Origin: Vermamoeba vermiformis
Lineage: Eukaryota
Direction: 5' to 3'
Length of the DNA stretch: 64,000 nucleotides
Assembly (NCBI GenBank): GCA_045837725.1
Contig: JBEWZL010000145.1
Span: 62,001 to 126,000 of the forward strand
Shown here: piece after piece, positions 1-11,310 of the stretch
Layout of the letters: each line of letters begins with the position of its first letter
How positions within the stretch are numbered: the first letter of the stretch is position 1
Position numbers and translations under genes: made by a program
The notes under the pieces: generated by a model
The model's database searches: none
What the model was told of the DNA's origin: nothing
What the model saw: the letters and a program-made list of their open reading frames with translations, nothing else

Positions 1-210
1 ACTAAAACAAACAAATCATCACACATTAAAACTAAGTACCAATTTTATTTTGTGAGCAGAGTTAAAATACGAGTAATAAGTATTCAAAATGGCAGTCAGT
101 ATACAGTGGCTCCACCAGACAAGTGCATTGGCGAGTTGCACAAATTTAGGATAATATCAAAGGCCGATGAACAATTTGCCGCTGTTGTCTTACAACGTAA
201 TAAGAAACTA

Positions 211-252
211 ATCGAAAGGTATTGTAAAAACCCAGTTGGGTATATTTCATTT
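211..252 (+). repeat. Left terminal inverted repeat, preceded by TSD ACTA at 207-210
   Basis: ATCGAAAGGTATTGTAAAAACCCAGTTGGGTATATTTCATTT; its reverse complement matches 6339-6380 with 2 mismatches. Confidence 0.92.
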
Positions 253-263
253 ATTTTAGATAA

Positions 264-3200
264 TCATTTGCTCAATCTCTTCTTTTCATAGTCAGCCCAT
301 ACTTCATTCTTGCTTTGGTCTGCATCTATGAAGCAATTACGTGGCTCCCAGGACTGTTGTCCTCCATCCCAAAGTACCAGCCATTCTAACTTACGTCCAA
401 CTTTTCGGTGGTCTATAATACTTTTAACTACCCATTCTGCCTCATCTGCAAACAAAAATGAGTTACAATTAAGTATAAACCTACGATTTACCTTCAACCT
501 GTCGTTTACGCTTCTTTAAATTGACCATTGTTGGTTCTTTTTCTGATGAGACCACAAGCTCTGGTACTTCACGTTTAACTTGGCCAATCTGGAACAAATC
601 TGTCACAACTTTCACTTCTTCTGTTCTCTCCAGACCTTTGTAATATTCAATGCCCTGTAATGTGTTAGTAACTGAATACTAAAGTACAATCCTCACCTTT
701 TCAGAAAGAAATTTAGATGTCTTTGTCACTATTGTGGCTATCAACTCCTTGGACACAGGGTTTGGTTGAAGTGCTATAGGTTGGGCTGATGGAGAATGAC
801 TAAACACAGATTCTTCAACTTCAATCCATTGTTCATCGAGAGATTTTTGTTTGAACAGGAGTGTTGGAGTGCCATCAAGTCCTTTCTTTAGCCAAAAAGC
901 ATATTTGTCTTTGTGACCACTCATTGATGAGCAGAATGTGAGAAACCACTTTTTCCAGGAAAGAATGGGCCATTGGAGTTCATGAATATACACATCCTTG
1001 GAATAGATTGACTTTGCAAATGTAATAGCATCATTCATAGTTTCAATAACTTTCCATTGGAAGTAAGTATGAAATGGTTGAAATAGTCGGTCAATATCTT
1101 CATGTGTGTGGCCAGGTTGTAAATAATGAATGAAAACCTCTTCAAACCACTCATTGTGCACTAGTAATGCTGCAAATTGAAGCAAATATTGATTTTTGCC
1201 TTCAGCTGCACTGTTATCAACTTGTAAATACAGTGTTGTTGGTCTATTTTGTGGTTGAATTGATAGCAAAGATTCTTTCAAATGATGGAACAGGAGTGAG
1301 ATGTAAAAGTCTGCATCTGCAATGTAATCAGACTCCTTGAAAAACACTAACTCTTTCTTGTTCAGCCCATGGTTAATGAAGCCTACAAAGCTTGCTTGCA
1401 AAAGATTAATATTAGCCCATTCTTTTGGCATTGGATGGTGCTGAGGAAGTTGAAAACTGCCACTTTTGTCTGTAATGATGCTCATCTTCAAAAAGGGTTG
1501 CTTAATGGCAATATCTGTTCTTTGCCGATACATCTGCCTGTCCTTTGTTATATAATCTATGTGTTCATTCATCTGCTGTTTCAATTGCAACAGCTTATCT
1601 TCTGAAGGGCACTGTAGTCGCCGTTGTTTAATCAATAAACAGGTTGAGCACTTGCCAAGTCGAGTCTCCTTTGGTCTTTTAACATTCTAAAATCTTTAGC
1701 AAAATTGAAAGATGCACATAGTAACTTACTGCAAACCATTTGCGCTTGACCTGCTTGAAAGTTTCATAGCTTGGTGTGTCAACTCCTGGGTGAAGATTGG
1801 CAAATTCTCCAGAAAACAGATTGTACCATTCCTTCACACTTGCATTGGTTAGCAATTGCAGTATCAGAACAAGAACTTACGTCATGTGTGATGGTAAGTG
1901 AATTTCATCTTTAGTTGGCACATAATCACCATATGTATTGCAATAGTTTTGGATCCAAGCAGCTACTGAGTCTCTCTTTGGGGAGTCATACACCCGAAAG
2001 CAATTACCATGCATATGAGCCTTTGTACCATTTAGGTATTGCTGCTTGCATTGAATAACCTTGTCGACAGACACTCCATAAACTCTGCAAAATGCAAGCT
2101 GACAAACTGATACACCTCCCACCAGGAAAACAACAGCTGGGCTATCAATGTTCATGTTTGTTTCAAAAAATTTCATAAGCCACTTGGTTTTCTGACTGTC
2201 ATTGAGCTCAGCCACCATCTTGCGGCTTTCCAGAATCTGGCTGGTACTGAAGAGTTCAGTACATCTAGCCTTACAACAGTTTGTAGCTGCAACTGGAAAG
2301 GGTTAGTTACATCTTATATTTGCAAGTTCTAAGTACCTTTGTTAATTGAATCAGCCCCAAGTAACTTTTGTTTTTTTAATGACTTGAGTTTTTCAGATGG
2401 AATGATATTCTTTGTTAGGATTTGGAACAGATTCTGTGAGGCAATTGGGGTACCATCTGGCTGCACTTGCAAGGTAGTAAATAGGTCTTTTGCATTGATG
2501 GCTTTTGAAACAGGTACAGAATTCTAACAAGAGTTAATGCTTAGATAAAGAGCTAAACCAGGTTAAATTACCTGTCGTTTTAAGTACACAATGTGGTCAT
2601 AATATATCTTAGATTTGCTTGTTTCAAGTGTTTCAGCCACTGGAGTGGCAATTCCTTCATTTTGCATGCCATCATAGAAATACAAGACTGACTGTTGAAC
2701 AAAATAGCAAGTAGTGTGGGCTCCAGTGCACATCATAACAGCTAATAGGTCATACTGACAATTGTTGACAGTTAAAACTGGCTCGATGGTTATATTTGGG
2801 TTGCTAAATTGCCTTTTGAGTCTTCCTAACTCGATAGTCAAAACTTGTGGCAGCTCCAATGTACCTACACAGTTTAATATCAAATTCGTTTTCTTCTAAT
2901 TGAACTTACGATGTTCAACAGGTTGTATGCCACAATCATAGCAGTTGATGGGTAGCTGGCAGTTGTAATCTGCTAAGTGGTTGAGTGCAGCTTGGAGTGA
3001 GAGTGTACTGTCAGTCAGTTTTTCTTCAACAAAAACTGCCGCTTGATGAAATAGCTTTGTTGTTGTAGGACATTTGCAGTGACTAACAACTTTAAGAGTA
3101 GAGGCAAATAATGCTGATTCGGCAATTGACAGAGTTTTGAAAGCTGCCGTTAGTATTGCACCAATTGAGACGTAAGTCTTGCAAGGCACCCAACCTACAA

Positions 3201-3461
3201 CAGGACCAAGGGCATCTATCAGATCCAATTTTAATTGGTGTAGCCTGTCACTGGATAGTGGTCCATTATTAATCCAACTGGTCAATAGTTTAAAAAAGTC
3301 ACTCTCGAACTTGTGTCCAGGCAATCTTTGCAGCACTAGCCGAAGAACAAAGCCAACTGTCTCAATAGTGCATAGGTCATTCATATCTACCATTGTTAGG
3401 TTGTTCTATTAATAGTGCTTATCTTACTGTTAGAGCCCCATTGAAAGCCTTGGAATGTCAT
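264..3461 (-). CDS. Transposase fusion protein, 948 aa predicted: N-terminal USP/C19-like peptidase, Cys motifs, Sola-like DDD catalytic domain, NLS, C-terminal chromodomain
   Basis: Exons 3461-3428, 3386-2910, 2864-2572, 2523-2337, 2292-1881, 1838-1730, 1686-697, 654-492, 445-264 join through GT-AG introns into one stop-free 2847-nt frame. Motifs: YDLLAVMMCTGAHTTCY..YFYDGM, CCKARC, KCSTC, QVDNS/GKN/GHTHEDID, KKRKR, EWVVKSIIDHR..WLVLW..SWEP. Confidence 0.85.
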
Positions 3462-3576
3462 TTTCCTGAAGTAACAGTATTAACGAGCTGCACATTAATA
3501 GTGATTTTTAAAATCAATACGGTTGATCAATTTTGTATCATTATATGATGATCAATAGCATAGAATAATAAGAGTT

Positions 3577-3871
3577 GTTCGGCAAAGTAGTGCTGTTTTA
3601 CATCAGCAGCAAGAGGGCTGATGATACCACTGTGAGCCCCTACGATTTTAGCTAGCCATAACAGTGCCATATATATATTAGATGCAATGAATAACAGCCA
3701 GCATTATATTTAGTTGAGTTCGGCAAAGTCGTGCTGCGCGCGCAGTTGAAGTTAAAGTCACATAACGTCAGTGTTGGGCAATCATGATTTTTCTTACCAA
3801 AATCAATTGCATATATAAACTACATGAGGTATTATAATACCATATATATACTTAATAGAGTTCGGCAAAGT
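3577..3871 (+). repeat. Three exact copies of GTTCGGCAAAGT spaced 141 and 142 bp
   Basis: Copies start at 3577, 3718 and 3860 in the spacer between the two transposon genes. Confidence 0.8.
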
Positions 3872-4707
3872 CTAGGTAAGGCACAGAAATTGTCAAAACA
3901 GATGGCCCGAGAGAACTTTACTTGCATTAACTCAATAGTCCAGCTACTGCCATTACTAATAGCATAAATAATTGTAAGCACAATGACTAGGGATAGGAGT
4001 GACTTCAATTCTCTTTTACTCATGAGTAGTGGATCTTGTCAGATCTAGATCGGCAGAACTGAACTAGCAAAACTAGCTTTAAAATATATATCAAAGCATT
4101 AGTATTGCTCATTGTATATGTACAAAGGCATATACCATGTTTGAAACAATTTGGTTAATTAGTAATGATACTATAGATTGAAAACCCTCTAACGGCAAGG
4201 ATTTGACTGGTGCACGAGACAGAACAGATACTAGGCCTTTTGAATATGCAATTATCAGCCCCAAAATAATAGATATAGGATATATATAATATAAGCAGCA
4301 TACATATGTTATTATTATGTATTATGTTGATACCTAACAATTTCCGAGCTGGATATGAAATTATGCCGATCAATTTTCTCCTCAAAAATTCAAAATAGCC
4401 ATTGAACTAGCATATTTAAATTATTATAAAGCATATATAATTATAAATTGATATATGGCTTCATATGTAATAATTTCCGAGCAACATGAAAAGTTAAATC
4501 CACCTTGACTTACATTAGTTTTGAATCCATTGAGTTGTCTTGATAATGATGTGTTGATTGAGGTATATAATAGGTGATCTGAACTATAGGTGTTGTTTAA
4601 TGTTATTATTGGAATGAAATAATGGTCAGATAACTTCTCAGTAGCAAGAGCCCTGGTTAATTTCCTTTTATGGGTAACCAAATCCAATTGTCCTCGGAAA
4701 TCATTAC

Positions 4708-6176
4708 ATGAACACCACAATGAGTGAGGATACTGACAAGGTATTAATTGACAACCCTACTGCTGCATCAGTTGACAGTGAAGCCCAGCAGCCAAAGCAA
4801 AATCCCCCGCCCAGTCCAAAATCCACTCGGGAATCATTAATAGCTGGTAATTAACTCTCTTAATTATTCTATAATTTTCCCAACATTATGATGTCTCTTT
4901 ATTTATAAGGAAACTAATTTTTAATGGCTAGAAGAAAAAATTGAGTCCCTCGATCCTGATCGGCAAACCAAAATTCCTATTGGTAATTCCAATAATGAAG
5001 GTACATATTAATTTATTATTGTAAGTATTACTCATACATAAATCAATTATAGTAAGCAATGACAGTGTCCAAGAAGAAAAATCATCCTTCGGCGGGCTGA
5101 ACTCTGCCGACAACAAAGGTAAGTAATAAGGCATTGTTGGATCAACTCTGACTTGTTGCTGATTTAGAGGTATATACTGAGTTCTACAAGTACCACGGAG
5201 AGCCTTGGAATGGCAATTATTATTGTAAAGTGACTCGGCGGGTAGATGACTTTGCTGTCGAAGTTGGAGATACAGTGGTTGTAAAAAATGTCATTGGCTT
5301 GCACACAGTGCTATTCATCATTCGCAATAAGCAATTCAACAAGGTTCTCCTTGCAGATCCTTCCCTTAAATCTGTAATTGAAGTCAAGTTCAGTGACGTC
5401 GAGTCAGTTGAAGGCAAAGCTAGCAACAGTCAAAAGGAGTGTCTGGATGAATTGTTTAAGGCTTATTATGCAGCAAAGGTATGTCAGAAACAATATATAC
5501 CTATTTATTTACATTGTCCAGACTAGAAAAGTCTCTCCAAAGCCTATTGTGAAAACAGAGCCAGCAAAAAAGGCTTCTAGGACCCAGCCAGTACGTGCCT
5601 CAAGAACACCGGTAAAGCCTGCTACACCAAGTAAAAAAGGTAGCAAATTCGTTATATCGATAGGTTTTGACAAAGACATTTACAGGAGCAAGCAAGGGAC
5701 TTGTTGCTAAAGATCAGAAGAGACCTACTGCTGTAGTAGAGCCTTCTTTGGTCAAACGACGACAATTGCAAAGTTTGTCTGCATCAGAGTCAGAAGATGA
5801 AGTTATCCCACTTAAGAACAAGACAAAGCCCATTCACAAGCCAATGTTACCAAAGCTCCAACCACCACAAGCTGCACCCACTGCTGCCACTAACACAACT
5901 GAATTAGTTGGAGCTCCATCTGTCCACTTGAGTCCTCAAACTACAGGACTGCATAGTACAGGATTGACACCCAGCCCAGTTACCACTTCTGTGTTGAATA
6001 CTGCAAATAATTCAAGCAACCAATATCTCCAAAGTATACTTGAATTGCAGCAAATGCAGCACAGACACTCTATGGCACAGCAACAGGCCCAGTTCATGAC
6101 AATTCTACAACAACAGCAGCAAGCAGAGGCAGACAGCTCATTCCGTACTGCCTTCTTACTCGCAAACAAACTTTGA
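4708..6176 (+). CDS. Second transposon gene (6 exons): possible BAH-like domain, K/P-rich linker, Q-rich C-terminus
   Basis: Exons 4708(or 4720)-4846, 4932-5000, 5053-5118, 5168-5478, 5522-5639, ~5686-6176 splice in frame via GT-AG introns; lies inside the TIRs. Confidence 0.7.
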
Positions 6177-6338
6177 TATTTATTCTGGTGTTAGAAATTT
6201 AATAAACTGAAGTTCAATCTTACATCAAGACAAGCAAGCTGCACACTATGCTATTGCAAAGAACACTATGGTTGACCTCCTAAGATCTACAATGAAAAAG
6301 AAAGATCATCTCTATCCTCAGAAGAACAATAGAAAAGC

Positions 6339-6380
6339 AAATGAAATACACCCAAATGGGTTTTTACAATACCTTTCGAT
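6339..6380 (-). repeat. Right terminal inverted repeat, followed by TSD ACTA at 6381-6384
   Basis: AAATGAAATACACCCAAATGGGTTTTTACAATACCTTTCGAT then ACTA. Confidence 0.92.
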
Positions 6381-6384
6381 ACTA

Positions 6385-6938
6385 TTATTGGATTTTGAAA
6401 GCTTTTTATTATAGAGATCTCAATTCTTTTTTTACTAACAATCACACTAACACCATTCTAATATTATATGCTAGGTAATGAGATTGCAGTGATTCAACTT
6501 TATAACCTAACCAAGCAGAAGTTTTTGTGGGAAAGAAGGTCACCAAATACAAGATATGAAATTGATCCAAATGAGCCCAAATACATTGAAGTTCATAAGT
6601 CTGGAGACCATCATTTGTTGGAGTATGATCTGGAATCAAATCAAGTTATTTCAAAGATTTGTGATAGCACTGATTCCCTGAGTGAACTACATTATTTTGG
6701 ATCAAACATCATTGTACAAGCCACTGCTGAGGTTAAAGTATTAATCATTCTACTGTCATTTAAAGTAATTTAATATTTTTTGTAGATTGTAAACAGAGAT
6801 TCACACATGGTGTGCCTGGACTATCATTTTGGAGAGCATTTTTCCATTGAGTCAGTACATGGAGCTGCCAACACTGTTGTTTTGGAGGTATTAGAAGAAG
6901 AATCAAATCCTAACAGACTAATACTTCTAACCTTTTAA
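6385..6938 (+). pseudogene. 3' part of an uncharacterised gene, probably interrupted by the transposon (5' part around 52-210)
   Basis: Open frame 52-210 runs into the left TSD. Exon-like segments ~6475-6731 and 6786-6938 lie on the same strand after the right TSD. Confidence 0.35.
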
Positions 6939-7084
6939 TACATGAACAAATTAACATAGAGTGCAAATAAAGTACAGTACAGTAATCAAACTGTGCTGTT
7001 TCAAAGAACAAGCTAAAGCTTTCATTTTTTAAAGATTATTTTTTTTTTACGTTACTTTTAGCTTTTAATAATACTCCCATTAAG

Positions 7085-8040
7085 ACTTGGCATTTCCGTG
7101 AAATGTGATTGACACATGATGGCTGTTCTGTTGCACACCCTCCTGATGGAACATGATTGACATCCTGTGCTTGGTGCTAAGGCGAGTGCATTGGAATTGA
7201 ACTGACCCCACACGTGCCAGGAGTTGTGCCAATCAGATTTGTGTCACGTGCTCCACTGCAGATGATGCTGCAGCTGACGGTGGTGAACTGTTTGATGCCC
7301 AATGCAAGTAGTGGTATTAGACGTGTGGTTCCATGGCATTGAATTACTGTGGGATGTGAATAATATCTGCCAAGGCACTCACTCCCAGTCACTGCACCTC
7401 CCCTGATGGAATTCAACAGCTGCTCAATCCTGCAAGAGTGTGTGGAGTTGACTGAACAAGTTGATCACATCGCTGAGTGGTCTGATGGGCAGCATGGTTT
7501 TAGTGGTGGCCTTATCTGTTTGTGGACCCAGTGAGCACCGATGCTTTTAGGGCTGTCATGGCATGCTTGTCATTGCCCTGAGCATGTGCATTGGACTGAT
7601 CGGGGCAGTGTGAATCAAGATACTACCAATTGCAGGACATCATGGCTGTGCAGTGCTGTTGGAACCCAAGCTCACTTGGATCTGATATGAAATCATTTGA
7701 ATGCAACAAATGCAACAAAATGCAAAGAAATGAAATGAAAGAAAATTGGTTGAATTGCAGTTAATGTGCAATTCCAAGGCCTGCATAGTGCCCTCCTAAA
7801 GTTCCCCCAGCTACCTCGACAATCACTTTCAAGCTCTGGGAAACACGCTTTGCATCATCAGCAGATCACCGTGGGCGTGCTAGAGGCCTTCTGTTGCCAC
7901 TTGTTCTTGACAGCATGAAAGGCTCAGTCACAGGGCTCTCAATAGTGGCGTTGATAGCCATGACGTTCATCGTGGTCAGCTGCATGCCAAAGCTCAGTGA
8001 GATCTACCATAGAAAGTCCAACTGACGCCAAACTGCTGTA
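7085..8040. mobile_element. Highly degenerate, TpG/CpA-rich probable retroelement remnant
   Basis: GC-richer than its flanks, no long ORF or introns, few CpG. Short + strand peptide ITVGVLEAFCCHLF (~7865-7907) is reminiscent of the N-terminal region of tyrosine recombinases. Confidence 0.3.
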
Positions 8041-8129
8041 TGAATACTTTGATAAAATCTATATACTATACTTACACGTGGTTAAATTCTTTTTTTGAAC
8101 TCTCTTCTCCTGTTCTGTTGTTCACCGGT

Positions 8130-9460
8130 AAAGTTTGAAGCGCGACTGAATCACGCAGTGCGTCTACAAGGCAGCGGAAGACGACATTGCCAGGGTGCTA
8201 CACCTGGGCCACCGTAAGTACCTTCACATTTTACTAAATCAATAACAGCTATGGCTAACGTACCGCTCGAGAAAGCCAGGGTCTGCCAACGAAGCAGCAA
8301 TAGCTGAGACTTCTGCCTTCTGTACAGCGAGACGAACACATAACTTTGGTGGGCGTCGGAAACCCTCCTTGCATCTTGGCGCGGGTGGCATTGCACCCTG
8401 CCAGAATGCAAGAAGCACCGTCTTGCACACTCTCTCGGAGAACTTTGACCGTCTAGACCGAGTCTCTTGCAGAAGTCCTTGAGCAGCTTGACGAACTTGG
8501 AGCAAGTGAGGATATGAGGATGTGGACACAACCCTTGTCATCGACGTAGCAGAATATAGAACCATTGTTGGGCCCCCACATGTCGCAGAGGGTGCGAGTG
8601 CAGAGCACGTGACCGGGAACCGCGTGCACACGACGGAAACCTCACTGATGCTGTCAAAGCCGCGTGCGGACCTTAGCCGCTAAGTGGACCACAAGGAACT
8701 CGTTTATATCCCATGACGGATGAACTGTTGGTCAAAGACGGCACAAGAAGCAGAATCGGACGAAGTGCTCGATGCCAATGGGCGTAGGGTTCATAGCCCC
8801 ACCCTTCTGCTACTGGGAGTCAAACCTCAGCCACCAGTCAACGTCACGTCGGCCCTCATATTCATGATGAGATCGATCATGCCCCTGCGCACGTACGGCC
8901 CCAGCGAGGCGAGGAATAGCCACGTAGGGTTGCTGGGGCTGACAGGGATAAGGAGGAACTGGGCTGGGGAGATCGGGCGCAGCGGTAGCAGCTGGGTGTT
9001 GAGCGGCTTGAGGAGCTGTGGGGCTGTTGACGGGGCTGAAAGCGGAACGGCTGTTGTGGAGCAGCAAGTTGTTGGAGTAAACGGAGGTTGGGGCTGCAAC
9101 GAGTTGGGTAACACAGCCACGGACCGGACCCTGCCTGGACCTTGAGCGCGGTCATCATGGAATGGAACAGCGTGTCAGCGAATGAAAGAAGAAGAGTTGG
9201 CCAGGTCCTGTGCGCGAGGGGCATTGTTGGATTTGTTGTGGTGCCGGATGCGGGTGAAGTCAGACTGGCGCAGGGCTTCGAAGCGCGCAGGATCGAACGC
9301 GAGATTGTCCACCCTCTTCGACCTGCGCAGTTGCATCGCTCTGGCTGGAATTCTGCCTCAATAAGTGGGGTGCATCGCTTGATCATCGTAGAATTGCGGT
9401 TGAGATTTCTACAAGAGGCGGAATCCAAAGTGGAGCCGGAACGACATTGCTCAGACATTT
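8130..9460 (-). mobile_element. Degenerate DIRS/Ngaro-type tyrosine-recombinase retrotransposon fragment
   Basis: GC-rich, intronless and frameshifted. Carries YR C-terminal motifs and an upstream Pro/Gln-rich, possibly gag-like frame (8810-9458). Confidence 0.55.
8240..8720 (-). pseudogene. Frameshifted tyrosine recombinase C-terminal half
   Basis: Across frames, in order: LVVHL, VPGHVLC, LTCSKFVKLLKDFCKRLGLD, GASCILAG, KMQG, SDAHQSYV. Matches the YR pattern LxxxGld..HSxRxGgA..aG..ik.xGxWxSda..Y. Confidence 0.6.
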
Positions 9461-9879
9461 CAACGAGAAATTCACATGACGAAATTATTTCATAGGTATA
9501 TTCATCAAAAGGCTTGAAAGCGAGCTACAGTCTAATTGGATCCAAGCTGCCACAAAAAATCAGTTTGAATATTTTAAATTAATTTTCTACACTTCATACA
9601 GTCATGGATTAATATCTAGTTGTTTCGTATAAGTGTAAAATAACTTAAATAAATTATTCAGAGGTGCTTACCGTTTTGATCGCATCTGTTCTAATAATTT
9701 CTCTGCAATTGGTCCAAGAAAGGCTATTTAAGAATCATTAGTGCATCATTACTTTAATCTGCTGGTCAGATGGCGAGAAGGTTGCGGAATCTAACGCCTA
9801 TTTGGTGGATCCGATCGTTTCGAGTTGGAGTCAGTTCATAAGATAGATGAAAGAAATTCGGATTGATGCGACAAGACAC

Positions 9880-9917
9880 AAGCCTTCATTATGATGTGAA
9901 GCCTTCATTATGATGTG
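9880..9917. repeat. Perfect 19-bp tandem duplication AAGCCTTCATTATGATGTG x2
   Basis: Units at 9880-9898 and 9899-9917. Confidence 0.9.
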
Positions 9918-10020
9918 ATAAGAATTTTGATGTCGGAAGGTTGGCCGCTACACAAGTTTGGTTGTTATTAATATTTTTTTGACGGAGAAGTGATACACGA
10001 CTCAATATTATTATTTAAAT

Positions 10021-11063
10021 ATGGGTAGTGGTTCATCTCGTGCCCTTACAGGCTCCAACAGCCTGGTGAGTGCTTTAACAAATCCAGCTCAATCTGGAGG
10101 AGTCCAACGCTCAATTTGGAATAGAGAGGCATATATCGTTGTTAAAACACGCAAAGAATTTTTAGAGCTTTACAAGTAAGTTACTAAGTCTTTTCAAAGA
10201 CAAATCCGCGAACTGACTATTTATTTGCATAAATGGCACCAATAATTCGCAATAATAATAGTATATCCATAAAATAGTACTTACGGTGCGCTTTATATTA
10301 TTTAACCGCGTAAGAAGGCTCTTACAATTTATTTTCGTATTTTAATCCAATATCTGTGGAAACCCAAAAATCTTTCGTATTTTTATTATATTATTGATTA
10401 TTCATACTATTATTATTTATTAATATTTATTTTCGTAATATTAGAGCCGAGCCTCAATTTGCTCAAGCAGTCTCTGCTTCCGTTTCGGCCGCCGCATCTG
10501 GTGCTGCAAATAACAACCCCGCTGAAGGACCGCTTGCCTCATTTGTAAGTACCGTCGATTTGTGTTAAAATGCAAATAATATCGGTCTCCATTAAGTTTG
10601 AACTGCTACGATTGGATCCTGATATTTCATTCTTTAGGCTTTGAGCTTGCTGTTCTATAACCCCAAATCCGAGCAAAAGATTAATATCAACGATAAACCT
10701 CGTTCATTTATTAACTTTGGAGACCTTCAACGATTTTTCCCTCAAGAGCTCAGTCAAAACAACACAACCACATCCGCTCCTGAAGCACAACAACCAGACT
10801 TTGTAGCCACTGTTAGTGAGCGCTTAGCCAACGCTGTCGACCGTGTCTCGTCAAGGACTTTCGAGCCTTTGATTGATGACCCTGCTACTTACAAGGGCAA
10901 CGCTGGTTTCTTGCCTGCTATGGAAGTGTCCGAGCCAGCCCCCTCACGCTCGCTCAAAGAGTTGTTGAAGAGTGTGGACCTCAAAGCACTTATTTTGCCT
11001 GCTGCCTTGACTGTCGGCATCGCTGCTAGCCTTGCTCAGTTGAGAACCTTCGTTCGTGCCTAA
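10021..11063 (+). CDS. Uncharacterised protein, 3 exons, MGxxxS myristoylation motif and hydrophobic C-terminus
   Basis: MGSGSSRAL.. exon, ~10445-10544 exon and ~10638-11063 exon splice in frame. Confidence 0.7.
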
Positions 11064-11310
11064 ACACAAGGCATTTTTGTACAGTACTGTAAAGAGCCGT
11101 TTTTGTAGATCTGAAAGGCCCTAGTCGAAGTAGTATATATTAGATATTCATTATGTATCCCCATATCGCCAGAGCTGTAAATAAATAATGATATTTTAGA
11201 AAAATAGCGCGGATCCAGATCAAACGGAGGTCCAAGATTTGTGTTTTTCGGATTATGGGTTTATTTTTTGTTATTATATTCAATTTCCACACACAAGATG
11301 TGCACCAAAC

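Larger units (their letters stand above)
211..6380. mobile_element. Sola-like (DUF7869-type DDD transposase) cut-and-paste DNA transposon, 6170 bp, apparently complete
   Basis: 42-bp terminal inverted repeats (211-252 and 6339-6380, 40/42 match) flanked on both sides by ACTA (207-210, 6381-6384). Internal intact transposase gene with LYLQVDNS..EGKN and GHTHEDID motifs. Confidence 0.88.

Noticed and set aside
3577-3871. Regularly spaced 12-mers as a CRISPR-like array
   Set aside because: Repeats too short, spacers about 130 bp, eukaryotic context, no cas genes.
9880-9917. 19-bp duplication as a possible TSD scar or snoRNA C-box
   Set aside because: No intervening element, D box or terminal stem; simple slippage duplication is likelier.
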